Below, one piece after another: positions 42,063-52,329 of a stretch of 64,000 nt of DNA; within the stretch, counting starts at the first letter, position 1, and every line of letters starts with the position of its first letter. The stretch lies in NCBI GenBank assembly GCA_963717525.1, contig OY970343.1, positions 928,001 to 992,000 of the forward strand. Reading direction: 5' to 3'. The notes beneath the pieces are model-generated. The model was not told where the DNA came from. It saw only the letters and a program-made list of their open reading frames with translations, and did not search any database. The translations under genes were made by a program, and so were the position numbers. This DNA is from an uncultured Methanoregulaceae archaeon (GTDB lineage Archaea > Halobacteriota > Methanomicrobia > Methanomicrobiales > Methanospirillaceae).

Positions 42063-44135
42063 TTACAGCAGGCCCGGCGCTTTGACGCGGAACATCTGCC
42101 ACAGCACGCGTCCCATCACTCGGTAGGTGAAATCGAGCTCGTCGAAACTGGGGATGCCCTGTTCCTTGAGCATCTCGCGGCCGACGTTCATCGAGTCGCC
42201 GCCAAGGAGCGTTGCGATCAGCCGGTTCTCGGTCCTCTCAGAGAACCTGAGGATCTGTCTTGCCAGCTGTTCTGACGTGAGAACAAGGTTCGGGAAGCCG
42301 ATAATAAAGGCCATGTCCCAGAGATCGCCGTGCTTTGCGAGCACCTCAAAGGTCTTTTCAAAGCGTTTCTCGGGGGCGTCGCCCAGCAGGTCGATAGGGT
42401 TGCCCTTGTTCCAGAAGTCAGGGAGGAATTCGTTGAGCTCTTCAATGAGCTCCACCGGGAGATCGATGAGCTCAATACCGTACCGCTCCGCGTAATCCGA
42501 GGAGAGCACCGCAAACCCGCCGGCATTGGTGATGACGACCGCACGTTTCCCCTTGGGGTACCGTTTCGGGTGGGCGAGCACCTGTGCTGCAAGGAACGCA
42601 CCGGTCAGCGTGTGGACGGCGATGACCCCTGATTTGCGGAACGCTTCCATGTAGACCTCGTACGAGCCGGAGAGCGACCCGGTATGGGAGGAGGCGGCTG
42701 CCTGGCCCCTCCGGGAGGAACCGGATTTGATCGCAATGACCGGCTTGGACTTTGCCACCTCGGTGACTACATCCATGAAGGCCTTGCCGTCCGTGATCTG
42801 CTCGATGTACATGATGATGGCCTTGGTCTTGGGATCCTTTTCCACGTACCGGAGGTAGTCGAGGAAATCGAGGTCGCTCTGGTTGCCGACCGAGATGACA
42901 TTGGAGAACCCGATGTTTTTTGCGAGGCTCCAGTCCACGACCGTGTTGATGATTGCCCCGCTCTGCGAGATGAAGGCGATGTTGCCGGGTTTTGGCGACT
43001 GGTGGACGTACGTGGTATCGATGCCCCGGGGCGGGACTATTATTCCAAGGCAGTTTGGCCCGATGATCCGCGTGCCGTGGCCTTTTGCGATCGCCACGAC
43101 CCGCTCCTCAAGGGCTTTGCCCTCATGACCCATTTCCTTGAACCCGGCGGTGATGATAATGACCAGCGGGACACCTTTTGCCCCGCATTCCTCCACGACA
43201 GCCGGTACATGGATGGCAGGGACGGTGATGACCGCGAGATCGACCGGTGCCGGGATCGCGGTGATGGTGGGGTAGGCCTTGAGCCCCTGGATCTCCGCAC
43301 GTTTATTGTTGACCGGGTACAGCTGACCCGGGAAATGCAGGAGGTTGTGCATGACTGCATACCCCATCTTGGACGAATCCTGGGATGCACCGATGACCGC
43401 GATCGAACGCGGGGTGAAATATTCTATCGGGACAGGGATGCGTTCTTTGTGTTCCACTTTATCCACGGCATCCGAGACGATGACCCGGGCATCCACCGCA
43501 CAGGCACCGGACTCGTACAACCGGAGCGGGTTGATATCGAACTCCACGATATTCTCGTTCCCGGTAAAGAAACGGCTGACATTGGCAATGATCCTTACGA
43601 GCGCCTCCTCATCGCGGGGCCTGGCTCCCCGGTACCCGGCAATGAGCGGGTACGCGTTGATCTCGCGGACCATCTGCCGGATCTCATCCCCGGTCACCGG
43701 CAGGATACGCAGCGTCACGTCCTTCATGAGCTCGACCATCGTGCCACCCATACCGAACGTGATCACCTTGCCAAAGGCCGGGTCGGTCCTTCCGCCGATG
43801 ATCAGTTCAAGGCCGGGTTCTGCCTGCTGCTCGACCATGACACCGTCGATCTGCGCCTCACCATTGTAGGCCTTCGCGTTGTCGATGATCCGGGTAAAAG
43901 CGCCCAGAGCTGCTTTCCTGCTCCCGATACCAACCATCACACCGCCTGCATCGCTCTTGTGGACGATCTGCGGGGAGATGATCTTCATCACCACCGGGCA
44001 TCCCATCTTCTCGGCCGCGAACGCTGCATCCTCGCCGTTCTTGACGATCTGGTACTCCGGGACCGGGATCTCGTATTTCCGCAAAATGTCATATCCTTCA
44101 GCTTCAGAGAGCATCTTTTGGGTCACAACGTTCAC
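42063..44135 (-). CDS. Acetate--CoA ligase (ADP-forming), fused ATP-grasp plus CoA-binding subunits
   Basis: HKSDAGGV, DINP, GPNCLG, SQSGA, SHTGSL. Confidence 0.92.
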   Translation of the reverse strand: MNVVTQKMLSEAEGYDILRKYEIPVPEYQIVKNGEDAAFAAEKMGCPVVMKIISPQIVHKSDAGGVMVGIGSRKAALGAFTRIIDNAKAYNGEAQIDGVMVEQQAEPGLELIIGGRTDPAFGKVITFGMGGTMVELMKDVTLRILPVTGDEIRQMVREINAYPLIAGYRGARPRDEEALVRIIANVSRFFTGNENIVEFDINPLRLYESGACAVDARVIVSDAVDKVEHKERIPVPIEYFTPRSIAVIGASQDSSKMGYAVMHNLLHFPGQLYPVNNKRAEIQGLKAYPTITAIPAPVDLAVITVPAIHVPAVVEECGAKGVPLVIIITAGFKEMGHEGKALEERVVAIAKGHGTRIIGPNCLGIIVPPRGIDTTYVHQSPKPGNIAFISQSGAIINTVVDWSLAKNIGFSNVISVGNQSDLDFLDYLRYVEKDPKTKAIIMYIEQITDGKAFMDVVTEVAKSKPVIAIKSGSSRRGQAAASSHTGSLSGSYEVYMEAFRKSGVIAVHTLTGAFLAAQVLAHPKRYPKGKRAVVITNAGGFAVLSSDYAERYGIELIDLPVELIEELNEFLPDFWNKGNPIDLLGDAPEKRFEKTFEVLAKHGDLWDMAFIIGFPNLVLTSEQLARQILRFSERTENRLIATLLGGDSMNVGREMLKEQGIPSFDELDFTYRVMGRVLWQMFRVKAPGLL

Positions 44136-44403
44136 CTCGAATCATGGGTCAGGGGATCTGTGCATAATCCAGAATCCCCGGATAATTTCCGGCATGCAGG
44201 AAAAAGGTCCCTGCAAGGACGCAGTGCACACCCGGATTATATGATGTGATAAGAAATTTGGCGAGTCCTCATTTAAATGTGCTGAATTGTAAGCAATGCG
44301 CGATATAGGGTAAACGGACTATTATTTGAACGATTTTTCTTATTCTGACCGTAAAGATTAACTTTGATTCATCATTATTGATAATGTAGATTAGAGGAAC
44401 ATT

Positions 44404-46300
44404 ATGGACAAGAGCGCAGATGCCGGCAAAAAAACCGGATATTACACGCCTGACCCTTCCTACCGCGTGCACAGCTGGATGGGGGATTACACCTGGACCT
44501 ACAACGAGTTTGTCAAGGACCCGGACAAATTCTGGGACCATATCGCCAAGAAACTCCACTGGTTCTCCCCCTATGATAAAGTGAGCGAGTGGAACTACCC
44601 GTACGCAAAATGGTTCGTCAACGGCAAGACCAACATCACGTACAACTGCCTCGACCGGCACGTGCTGGGCGACCGGCGCAACAAGGTGGCACTGATCTGG
44701 AAGGGCGAAAACCCCGACGAGGAGCGGGTCTACACCTACCGGCAGCTGTACCGCGAAGTCCAGAAATTTGCAAACGGCTTAAAAAAACTGGGCGTGGCAA
44801 AAGGGGACCGTGTCTGCATCTACATGCCGGTCATTCCCGAACAGGTGATTGCCATGCTCGCCTGCACCCGGATCGGGGCGATCCATTCCGTGGTATTCGG
44901 GGGGTATGGCGCAGCTGCCCTCAACCAGCGGATAGTGGGCGCGGGTGCGAAGATCGTCATCACGGCGGATATGGCGATCCGGCGGGGCAAGGCGATCCAG
45001 CTCAAGCACGTGATAGAAGAGGCCGTTATCGACGCTCCTACCGTTGAACACATCATCATCCTGCGTCGGGAGCAGCGCACCCCCGTCGAACTCCACAGCG
45101 AGATGGAGATCGATTTCTACGAGGCGATGGCTGATGTGGATTCCGACTGCCCGGCCGAGGTCATGGATGCAGAAGACCCGCTCTTTATCCTGTACACGAG
45201 CGGCACCACCGGTGCTCCCAAGGGGATTGTCCATACTTGCGGGGGATACATGGTCGGGGTATACTATACGACCAAGTATATCTTCGACATCAAGGAGCAC
45301 GATGTGTACTGGTGCACCGCAGACCCCGGCTGGATCACCGGGCACTCCTATGTGGTCTACGGCCCGCTCTCGGTAGGTGCTACCATCCTTATTGCCGAAA
45401 ACACTCCCGATTACCCGGACCCGGGCGTCTGGTGGAAGATCGTCGAGGAATATGGCGTCAATATCCTCTATACTGCGCCAACCGCGATCCGGATGTTCAT
45501 GAAACTGGGCAGCGAGTGGCCCGACAAGTACAACCTCGACTCCCTGCGCGTGCTCGGGTCGGTTGGCGAACCGCTCAACGCCGAGGCATTCGAGTGGTTC
45601 TACCATGTGATCGGGAAGGACCGGTGCCCTATCGTGGATACCTGGTGGCAGACCGAGACCGGTATGCACATGGTGACTACGGTGCTGGGCGAACCCATGC
45701 GGCCGGGATACGTGGGGAAGTCTATCCCCGGCATTGTTGCGGATGTCGTGGACAAGGATGGGAAGAGCGTCGAACCGGGAAAGAGAGGATTTCTGGTGAT
45801 CCGGCAGCCGTGGCCGGCGATGATGCGGACGATCTGGAACAACGACGAACGGTACCGCAGAGTACTGGGAGACGATTCCGGGATGCTACCAGGTGGGGGA
45901 TCTCGCTATAAAGGGTGAAGACGGGTACATCATGGTGATCGGGAGGTCCGACGACCTTATTATTGTCTCCGGCCACAACATCGGTACTGCCGAGGTAGAG
46001 AGTGCGCTGGTCTCCCACAAGGCAGTCGCAGAAGCGGCCGTGATCGGGAAGCCCGATCCCCTTAAAGGGAACACGATCAAGGCTTTTGTCACGCTCCGTG
46101 TCGGCCATACCCCGAGCGATAAACTCAAGAACGAGCTGATTTACCATGTCCGGATCACGCTTGGCCCGATTGCCATGCCATCGGAGATCGAATTTACGGA
46201 CTCTCTCCCCAAGACCCGGAGCGGCAAGATCGTCCGGCGCATTCTCAAGGCAAAAGAGATGGGCATGGACCCTGGCGACATTTCCACGCTCGACGAATGA
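44404..46300 (+). CDS. acs: AMP-forming acetyl-CoA synthetase (frameshift near 45870)
   Basis: [36 protein letters not shown]. Confidence 0.95.
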
Positions 46301-46544
46301 TAGGAGCCATGTCTCCACAGCCGCCATTTTTTTGTCCGGGTGAGTGCCCGGGCCTGCACCTGTTCCCGGACGATAAAAAACCGGTGGGCCCGGTGTTTCC
46401 GCTCCCGGCACCCGCTCCCCTGTGAACCCGATGCCTTTTTATACAGTGCTCCCCTTTCTTTATATGCTTTATATACGGGGATGATGGTAAAGCGATCTCC
46501 CCGGCCTTAAAAAAAACACGGGACATGCAAAAGGTGATGATACC

Positions 46545-47105
46545 ATGAAGGCCAATCCAGAGGACTCATTGAAAATAGAAAATATCGTTGCATCCGCAAA
46601 GGTGACCGATTACCTCGACCTGCCGGCACTCGCCTCGAAGATCAAGGACGCAGAGTACAACAAGAAGAGGTTCCCCGGGGTCGTCCTGCGTATGCAGAAC
46701 CCGAAGATCGCTGCGCTTGTCTTTGGCTCGGGAAAGGTGGTCCTGACCGGTGCAAAGAGCGTCGACAGCCTTTCAAAGGGGCTCACCATCCTTGGAAACC
46801 AGCTCCGCAGCCTCGGTATCGATATACCGAAAAAACTCACCTACAAGATCCAGAACATCGTTACCTCGGCTGATCTCGCGACTGCGATCAACCTCAATAA
46901 GATCGCGGTAGGGTTCAATCTCGACCGGATCGAGTACGAGCCCGAACAGTTCCCGGGCCTTGTGTACCGGCTTGAGAACCCCAAGGTCGTGGTTCTTCTC
47001 TTCGGCTCGGGAAAACTGATCATTACCGGCGGCAAGGAACCCGAAGACGCAAAGAAGGCCGTTGTCAAGATCCTTGCCGATCTGCGCAGCCTCGGCCTGA
47101 TGTAA
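46545..47105 (+). CDS. tbp: TATA-box binding protein
   Basis: Two repeats of IENIVAS/IQNIVTS...FPG...FGSGK. Confidence 0.97.
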   Translation: MKANPEDSLKIENIVASAKVTDYLDLPALASKIKDAEYNKKRFPGVVLRMQNPKIAALVFGSGKVVLTGAKSVDSLSKGLTILGNQLRSLGIDIPKKLTYKIQNIVTSADLATAINLNKIAVGFNLDRIEYEPEQFPGLVYRLENPKVVVLLFGSGKLIITGGKEPEDAKKAVVKILADLRSLGLM

Positions 47106-47307
47106 TTTTTATCCCTGATGCCTGCAGGAACGCAGATCAGATCGATCAAAGAATAACCATTTTCAGACTGTGTGCCAATAATTACCAGCAGGCAAAGTAT
47201 TACTATATATAAAATCTATGTTTATTGATTGCCAATAACAGCTGATATATATCATTGTAAAGATAAATTAAAGTGAAAGAAAGAGCATAAATTATGGAGG
47301 ATGATGC

Positions 47308-47682
47308 ATGAGAACCGAAAATGTGATGTATTTCACGGAGAAGGAAGAAGAATTTGCAAACCTTCTCATTGAGATCGGGACAAAGAAGAACGTCGCGAAG
47401 GTTCTGGTATTTCTGGCCAACATTCCCGAAGCCACTTCCCGTGCGATCGAACGCGGAACCGATCTTCGCCAGCCAGAAGTAAGTATCGCCATGCGCTACC
47501 TGATGGACCAGGGCTGGATCACCAGCCGCGAGAGCAAGGCCGAGAGTAAGGGACGCCCGGTCAAGATCTACGAACTGTCAAAGCCCATCACGGATATCAT
47601 GGATAGTATCGAGAAAGAGAAGAAGAAAGAAGCGACCAACCAGCTCGCGATGATACAGAAATTACGGGACTACATCGGCTGA
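47308..47682 (+). CDS. Winged-helix transcriptional regulator
   Basis: SRAIERGTDLRQPEVSIAM...KGRPVKIY. Confidence 0.85.
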   Translation: MRTENVMYFTEKEEEFANLLIEIGTKKNVAKVLVFLANIPEATSRAIERGTDLRQPEVSIAMRYLMDQGWITSRESKAESKGRPVKIYELSKPITDIMDSIEKEKKKEATNQLAMIQKLRDYIG

Positions 47683-47684
47683 TG

Positions 47685-48377
47685 TCAGGTACCCGAACAC
47701 TTTTTTTCCTTGCCGATAATCACGGTCGTGTTTTTCTGGAACCGGGTGAAGAGCCCGCTCTCGATGACGCCGGGGATTGCCGCGATTGCTGCCTCAAGTG
47801 CCTCAGGGTCCGCGATCTCTTCGAACTGACAGTCGAGGATAAAATTCCCGTTGTCCGTGATGACCGGTCCGTCCTTTTTTACCGCTTCGCGGATGAAAGG
47901 CCGGCAGCCCAGGCCACGCAGCTGTGCCATCGCGGTCTTCGTGGCAAAGGGGAGCGTCTCGACCGGCACGATACCCGTGAGCCTCGGGACCATCTTTGCC
48001 TCATCAACGACCACGATGAACCGGAAGGCGGCGGCCGCAACACACTTTTCCCGGGTGAGCGCTGCGCCACGTCCCTTGATCATCCTGAACTGCGGGTCGA
48101 CCTGATCGGCACCGTCAATGGCGAGATCGAGCACCGGGTTATCGTCCAGCGTGGTTAAGGGGATCCCGTATTCCCGTGCCCTCATGGCGGTCTGGTACGA
48201 GGTCGGGACGCCCGCGACCGAAATGCCGTCCCGGATCCGGCCCGAGAGGCTTTCGATGGTATAAAAAACCGAAGACCCGGTCCCAAGGCCGATCACCATG
48301 CCGTCCTCCACCATTTCCGCGGCCTGGTATCCTGCCGCCCGTTTTGCTGCGGCGACTGTATCTGTTGTTCCAGCCAT
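47685..48377 (-). CDS. rpiA: Ribose-5-phosphate isomerase A
   Basis: GLGTGS, IDGAD, KGRGAALTREK, TDNGN. Confidence 0.96.
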   Translation of the reverse strand: MAGTTDTVAAAKRAAGYQAAEMVEDGMVIGLGTGSSVFYTIESLSGRIRDGISVAGVPTSYQTAMRAREYGIPLTTLDDNPVLDLAIDGADQVDPQFRMIKGRGAALTREKCVAAAAFRFIVVVDEAKMVPRLTGIVPVETLPFATKTAMAQLRGLGCRPFIREAVKKDGPVITDNGNFILDCQFEEIADPEALEAAIAAIPGVIESGLFTRFQKNTTVIIGKEKKCSGT

Positions 48378-48491
48378 ACTTGATGATAGGGTTCGGTGCC
48401 GGGATAATTAAAACTGGTGAAGGATAAAGTTAGGAGAAATGGGAAGGATCCAAATCCCACTCGCTTATAGAGAAATCATTTTTTGAAATAA

Positions 48492-48656
48492 CGATGCCAT
48501 CCCGTCTCAGGGCCCCTCGCGGAGCACGGCGGGGCAAGGATGTTTCTCTCTATTAATTCCCGACCGGGTTTCTGATGCCCAGATACAGATCCCAGTTTAA
48601 AAGAAGGACTCGGTCACTCGCCCACCGCGGGGGCGCCCCGTCGGGGGCGGCGGGAG
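48492..48656 (+). repeat. Bipartite GC-rich hairpin element, copy 3
   Basis: CGATGCCATCCCGTCTCAGGGCCCCTCGCGGAGCACGGCGGGG ... CCCACCGCGGGGGCGCCCCGTCGGGGGCGGCGGGAG. Confidence 0.88.
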
Positions 48657-48755
48657 CCATCGTACCTCCGGGACAATATTTGAACACCCATAACTGGAAA
48701 GAGAGTAAATCAGCAGCTGCCCGGATTTTCAACAAAAAATATGCAGAGACTATAT

Positions 48756-49538
48756 TCAGCCAAGAAAGATCTTCCTCATCTCTTCATCCGCTGCATGGGC
48801 CGTGCAGTCCAGCGTGATAGGGGTGATTGAGACGTTGCCCTTCCTGACCGCGTGTACGTCCGTACCTTCCTCCGCATCCTCAAGAAGCGGGCCGTTGATC
48901 CAGAAATACGGCCGGCCCCGTGGGTCGAGCCGTTTTTCAACGCCGGTGTGGAAGAGTTTTCTCGCAAGACGGGTTACCTCGTAGCCCCTGCTGGCCTTTG
49001 AGGGGATGTTCACGTTGATCACGTCGGCGCCCGGGCAGAATCCCGATGCGAGTACACGGCCGACCACATCCCGGACCACCTTCTTTGCCGCATCAAAACT
49101 CTGCGCTGACTGGCCAGCGTCGTCGAACTTGTCACCTTGGTCCTCTACCTGCAGGGAGAAGGCGAGCGCCTTGGTCCCCTGGTTTGATGCCTCGAGTGCT
49201 GCTCCCACCGTGCCAGAGGTCATGATCGATTCGTACGAGAGGTTCTCGCCAATGTTGATCCCGCTTACCACGAGCGCCGGGGCAAGTTTCAGCGCGTACA
49301 GCCCGATGATCACCGCATCGGTGGGCTTCCCCGCGACCGCCCACGCGTTAATACCGTTGATCTTGATCTTGTTCGCCCGGATGGGTTCGAAGATTGAGAT
49401 TGAACGGCCGACCGCGCTCTGCTGGGTCGCCGGCGCGACGACAGTCACATCCGCGATGGGGGCGAGCGCCTCGTAGGCCGCCCAGATGCCAAGGGAGTTC
49501 ACGCCGTCATCGTTGGTGAGCAGGATCGCGGGTTTCAT
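48756..49538 (-). CDS. surE: 5'/3'-nucleotidase SurE
   Basis: LLTNDDG, VSGINIG.N, SGTVGAA, RLDPRGR.Y.W. Confidence 0.96.
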   Translation of the reverse strand: MKPAILLTNDDGVNSLGIWAAYEALAPIADVTVVAPATQQSAVGRSISIFEPIRANKIKINGINAWAVAGKPTDAVIIGLYALKLAPALVVSGINIGENLSYESIMTSGTVGAALEASNQGTKALAFSLQVEDQGDKFDDAGQSAQSFDAAKKVVRDVVGRVLASGFCPGADVINVNIPSKASRGYEVTRLARKLFHTGVEKRLDPRGRPYFWINGPLLEDAEEGTDVHAVRKGNVSITPITLDCTAHAADEEMRKIFLG

Positions 49539-49653
49539 AAGTAACGGGTACATCTTGCACCCCCTGCCAAATAACTTCACTGATCCAGTGTGGTCCGGGG
49601 TTTGCGCAGGAACGGATAGGGTAATTTCCTGCAAGGATGCAATAGTACCTGCG

Positions 49654-50541
49654 ATGAAAGTCCTGCTTGCCGAGTACGCTGCCGCCCGCGACCCTGCCCT
49701 TGCCCCCGAGGGGGCGGCAATGCTTGATGTCCTTGTACAGAGTTTTACCCGGTGCGGGTACGAGGTTGTACTCGCCGGCCCCGGGGATTTTTACGATGAG
49801 ATAGTAAGGCTCTCCCCCATGTGCGATATGGGCCTGGTGATCGCACCCGATCACCTGCTCGCGAAATTTACCCTCCCGGTCGAACAGTATTCACACAACC
49901 TCGGCTGCGGCAGCATGAACGCCGCGCTCTGTGCGAACAAGGTAACCACCGGCAGGATCCTGAAAAATCACGGAATACCGGTGCCGGCCGATGCCCCCAC
50001 CGGCAGACATGTGGTAAAACCCGTGTCAGGCTGCGGTGCACAGGGAGTCCGGCTTACCACGGATGCTCCCGGGCAGGGAGAATTTGCAGAAGCGTATATC
50101 GAAGGCGACCACTACTCGGTCAGTCTCGTTATGAGCCGGGTAGTGGGCGAGGCATGCCTGTACTTCTCCGGCAACCCCCCGCTCGTCCTTTCCATTAACC
50201 GGCAGGCGATGATTCTCAACCCTGACGGTACGTTCACGTACTCCGGTGGGGAAACACCGGTCCATCCATCCCGTGCACAGGAAATTATCGATACTGCAGT
50301 CAAAGCCGTGACCGTGCTTGGCTGCCAGGGGTACTGCGGCGTTGATGTTGTTGTTGCCGACAAGGTCTATGTCGTGGATGTCAATCCGAGGATCACCACA
50401 AGCCTCGTCGGTATTGCTGCATGCATGGAAGAGGAGATCGCCACACTGCTGGTCAGCGCCTCGCAGGGCAATGCACCCGGAAAGGTGCACTTCAACGGCA
50501 GCGTCCGGTTCGATGCGCGCGGGACGGTCACCCCGGTATGA
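49654..50541 (+). CDS. mfnD: ATP-grasp tyramine--L-glutamate ligase (methanofuran biosynthesis)
   Basis: EGAAML, IAPD, KP..GCG, DVNPRITTS; adjacent to an mfnF-like gene. Confidence 0.8.
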   Translation: MKVLLAEYAAARDPALAPEGAAMLDVLVQSFTRCGYEVVLAGPGDFYDEIVRLSPMCDMGLVIAPDHLLAKFTLPVEQYSHNLGCGSMNAALCANKVTTGRILKNHGIPVPADAPTGRHVVKPVSGCGAQGVRLTTDAPGQGEFAEAYIEGDHYSVSLVMSRVVGEACLYFSGNPPLVLSINRQAMILNPDGTFTYSGGETPVHPSRAQEIIDTAVKAVTVLGCQGYCGVDVVVADKVYVVDVNPRITTSLVGIAACMEEEIATLLVSASQGNAPGKVHFNGSVRFDARGTVTPV

Positions 50542-51473
50542 TCGGTATTGATGTGGGGGGGGCAAACCTCAAGTTGGCAGACGATCACGGCGTCCATATC
50601 CACTACTGCCCGCTCTGGTCCGGCGCCCCGCTCACGGACCTGCTTCGCCCGTACGCGAGCAGCGGGGATACGTCTGCCGCGGTCGTGATGAGCGGCGAGC
50701 TCGCCGATTGTTTCGAAAACAAGCTGCAGGGAATTGAATTCATTGTCCGTGCAGTACGTGAGGTCTTCCCGGCCGCCCGGTTCTACGGCACCGATGCTGC
50801 GTTCCACGACGACCCGGTGCCGGCGCTTGCTGCCGCAAACTGGCTTGCCTCCGCAGATTATATGCGGGAGAAGTACCCGGACGCAGTGCTGCTCGATGTC
50901 GGGAGCACGACAGCTGACATCATCCCGCTCTCGCGTTTCCCCGCGCTCCCTGGTCTCACTGATCTCCTGAGGTTACAGAAAGGTTATCTTGTGTATACCG
51001 GAATGCTTCGGACACCGGTGGCAACGCTCCTTTCCTCCGTGGATCTTTGGGGGATCGAAACTCCTGTAAGCACGGAATATTTTGCCACAAGTGCCGATGC
51101 CCACCTTGCGCTCGGCCATATCGGCCCGGAAGGATATACCTGCGACACGCCGGACCGGAAGGAGAAGACCCTTGAAGCATCATTGCGCCGGCTCGCACGG
51201 GTAGTCTGCGCAGATCTCGAGGAGATCGGTGAAGCTGGCGCCCTGCATGTCGCAGAGGCATTCTGGGACCGCCAGCGGGAGATTGTCTGCGGTGCCGTGC
51301 GCCGGGTAAAAGAAGAGACCGGATCTTCACATGTTATCGTGGCCGGCATGGGCGCAGCGCTCTTTGCCCGCGAATGCGGGGGAACAGACCTTACAAAGGC
51401 TCTCGGGCCGGTGGCAGATGCGCTGCCTGCCTACGCTATCCGGGAGGTAGCATTACGGACGCGTGGAAACTGA
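50538..51473 (+). CDS. mfnF: Hydantoinase/oxoprolinase-fold MfnF (methanofuran biosynthesis)
   Basis: GIDVGGANLK, MSGELADCF, AAANW, DVGSTTADIIP, YTG.LRT. Confidence 0.82.
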   Translation: MIGIDVGGANLKLADDHGVHIHYCPLWSGAPLTDLLRPYASSGDTSAAVVMSGELADCFENKLQGIEFIVRAVREVFPAARFYGTDAAFHDDPVPALAAANWLASADYMREKYPDAVLLDVGSTTADIIPLSRFPALPGLTDLLRLQKGYLVYTGMLRTPVATLLSSVDLWGIETPVSTEYFATSADAHLALGHIGPEGYTCDTPDRKEKTLEASLRRLARVVCADLEEIGEAGALHVAEAFWDRQREIVCGAVRRVKEETGSSHVIVAGMGAALFARECGGTDLTKALGPVADALPAYAIREVALRTRGN

Positions 51474-51694
51474 GTCTTCTCCTCCTCGGCGGTTCGCTCT
51501 GCATCACCGCTGTACTCTGGAGCCTACACATTCCGTTCTTTTTCCTCTTTCTCTGCATCCCGCTCTTTCCCTTCTTCGGGAAGCGGCCGGTGAAGAGGTG
51601 CCCTGCCTGCGGATGGGAAACCACAGGCAGCGAGAACTTCTGTCCCGCTGACGGTACCCCGCTCTCCAGCCTTGGCGGCGAGAGTGGAAAGTGA
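51452..51694 (+). CDS. Small membrane protein with C-terminal zinc ribbon (start uncertain)
   Basis: Hydrophobic N-terminus, then RCPACG...NFCPADGTPL; GGAGGT upstream. Confidence 0.55.
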   Translation: MTDAWKLSLLLLGGSLCITAVLWSLHIPFFFLFLCIPLFPFFGKRPVKRCPACGWETTGSENFCPADGTPLSSLGGESGK

Positions 51695-52147
51695 GATTAA
51701 CGAGAGCGGGATGCTGACACCAAAGAGCGCGGTTGCGGGGATTGGCCGGGCAAGCGTGCGCACGTACTGCCGGGAGCTGGTCCGGTCCACGAGGATGTCC
51801 ATCGCGTCCAGCCATGCGGCTGTCCTGTTGTCCGGCATCATGGTTGCAAGGGTCAGGCAGAGATCGATGACCGGTGAGCCGATCCGGGTGCCCGGGTAGA
51901 ACGGCTCATCCGCATTAACGATACGGCCACAGGCCCGGCAGGAAAACCGTTTCACCGTGACGCGGAGGGTGCGCTCACGGTCGTTTTCCCGGATGACGGC
52001 GAACACTTTTCTCCTTGTGTCGTAACCCGACACCGGTCCCCCGCAGAAAGGGCAGGTCGCCCGCTCGCCAAAGGTGACGCTGTCGACTGCCACGAGCCCT
52101 GCCTGGACAATTGTGGCAAGCATCGGCGGGATGCGGGGAGCCTTCAT
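51524..52147 (-). CDS. Hypothetical zinc-finger protein (ISL3 zinc-finger/HTH-like N-terminus, no DDE domain)
   Basis: CPFCG...VKRFSCRAC followed by a helical region. Confidence 0.6.
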   Translation of the reverse strand: MKAPRIPPMLATIVQAGLVAVDSVTFGERATCPFCGGPVSGYDTRRKVFAVIRENDRERTLRVTVKRFSCRACGRIVNADEPFYPGTRIGSPVIDLCLTLATMMPDNRTAAWLDAMDILVDRTSSRQYVRTLARPIPATALFGVSIPLSLISLSTLAAKAGERGTVSGTEVLAACGFPSAGRAPLHRPLPEEGKERDAEKEEKERNV

Positions 52148-52329
52148 CCGGGCACACCCTCCAATTCGAAGTGAAAATAAACGAAGTCGGGACCGGTACT
52201 GCCTTGATGCGACACGCTCTTCCGGTCCGGACTCACTGCCCTGAACCCACTAATAATCATCATTTTTTCATTAGATTTGATCACGCTTAAATATATTCAG
52301 GACAGACCCTGATCGTTCGAGGTTAGAAC

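Noticed and set aside
42684..44249. Long antisense ORFs (e.g. 521 aa here; also 12369-13535, 22310-23455, 28290-29429)
   Set aside because: Shadow ORFs opposite well-supported GC-rich genes, with no recognisable motifs.
42063..46300. Divergent ADP-forming and AMP-forming acetate ligases as a novel pathway
   Set aside because: Both families are common in methanogens for acetate assimilation; nothing unusual beyond adjacency.
51524..52147. Active ISL3 insertion sequence
   Set aside because: No DDE catalytic domain, terminal inverted repeats or target duplication seen.
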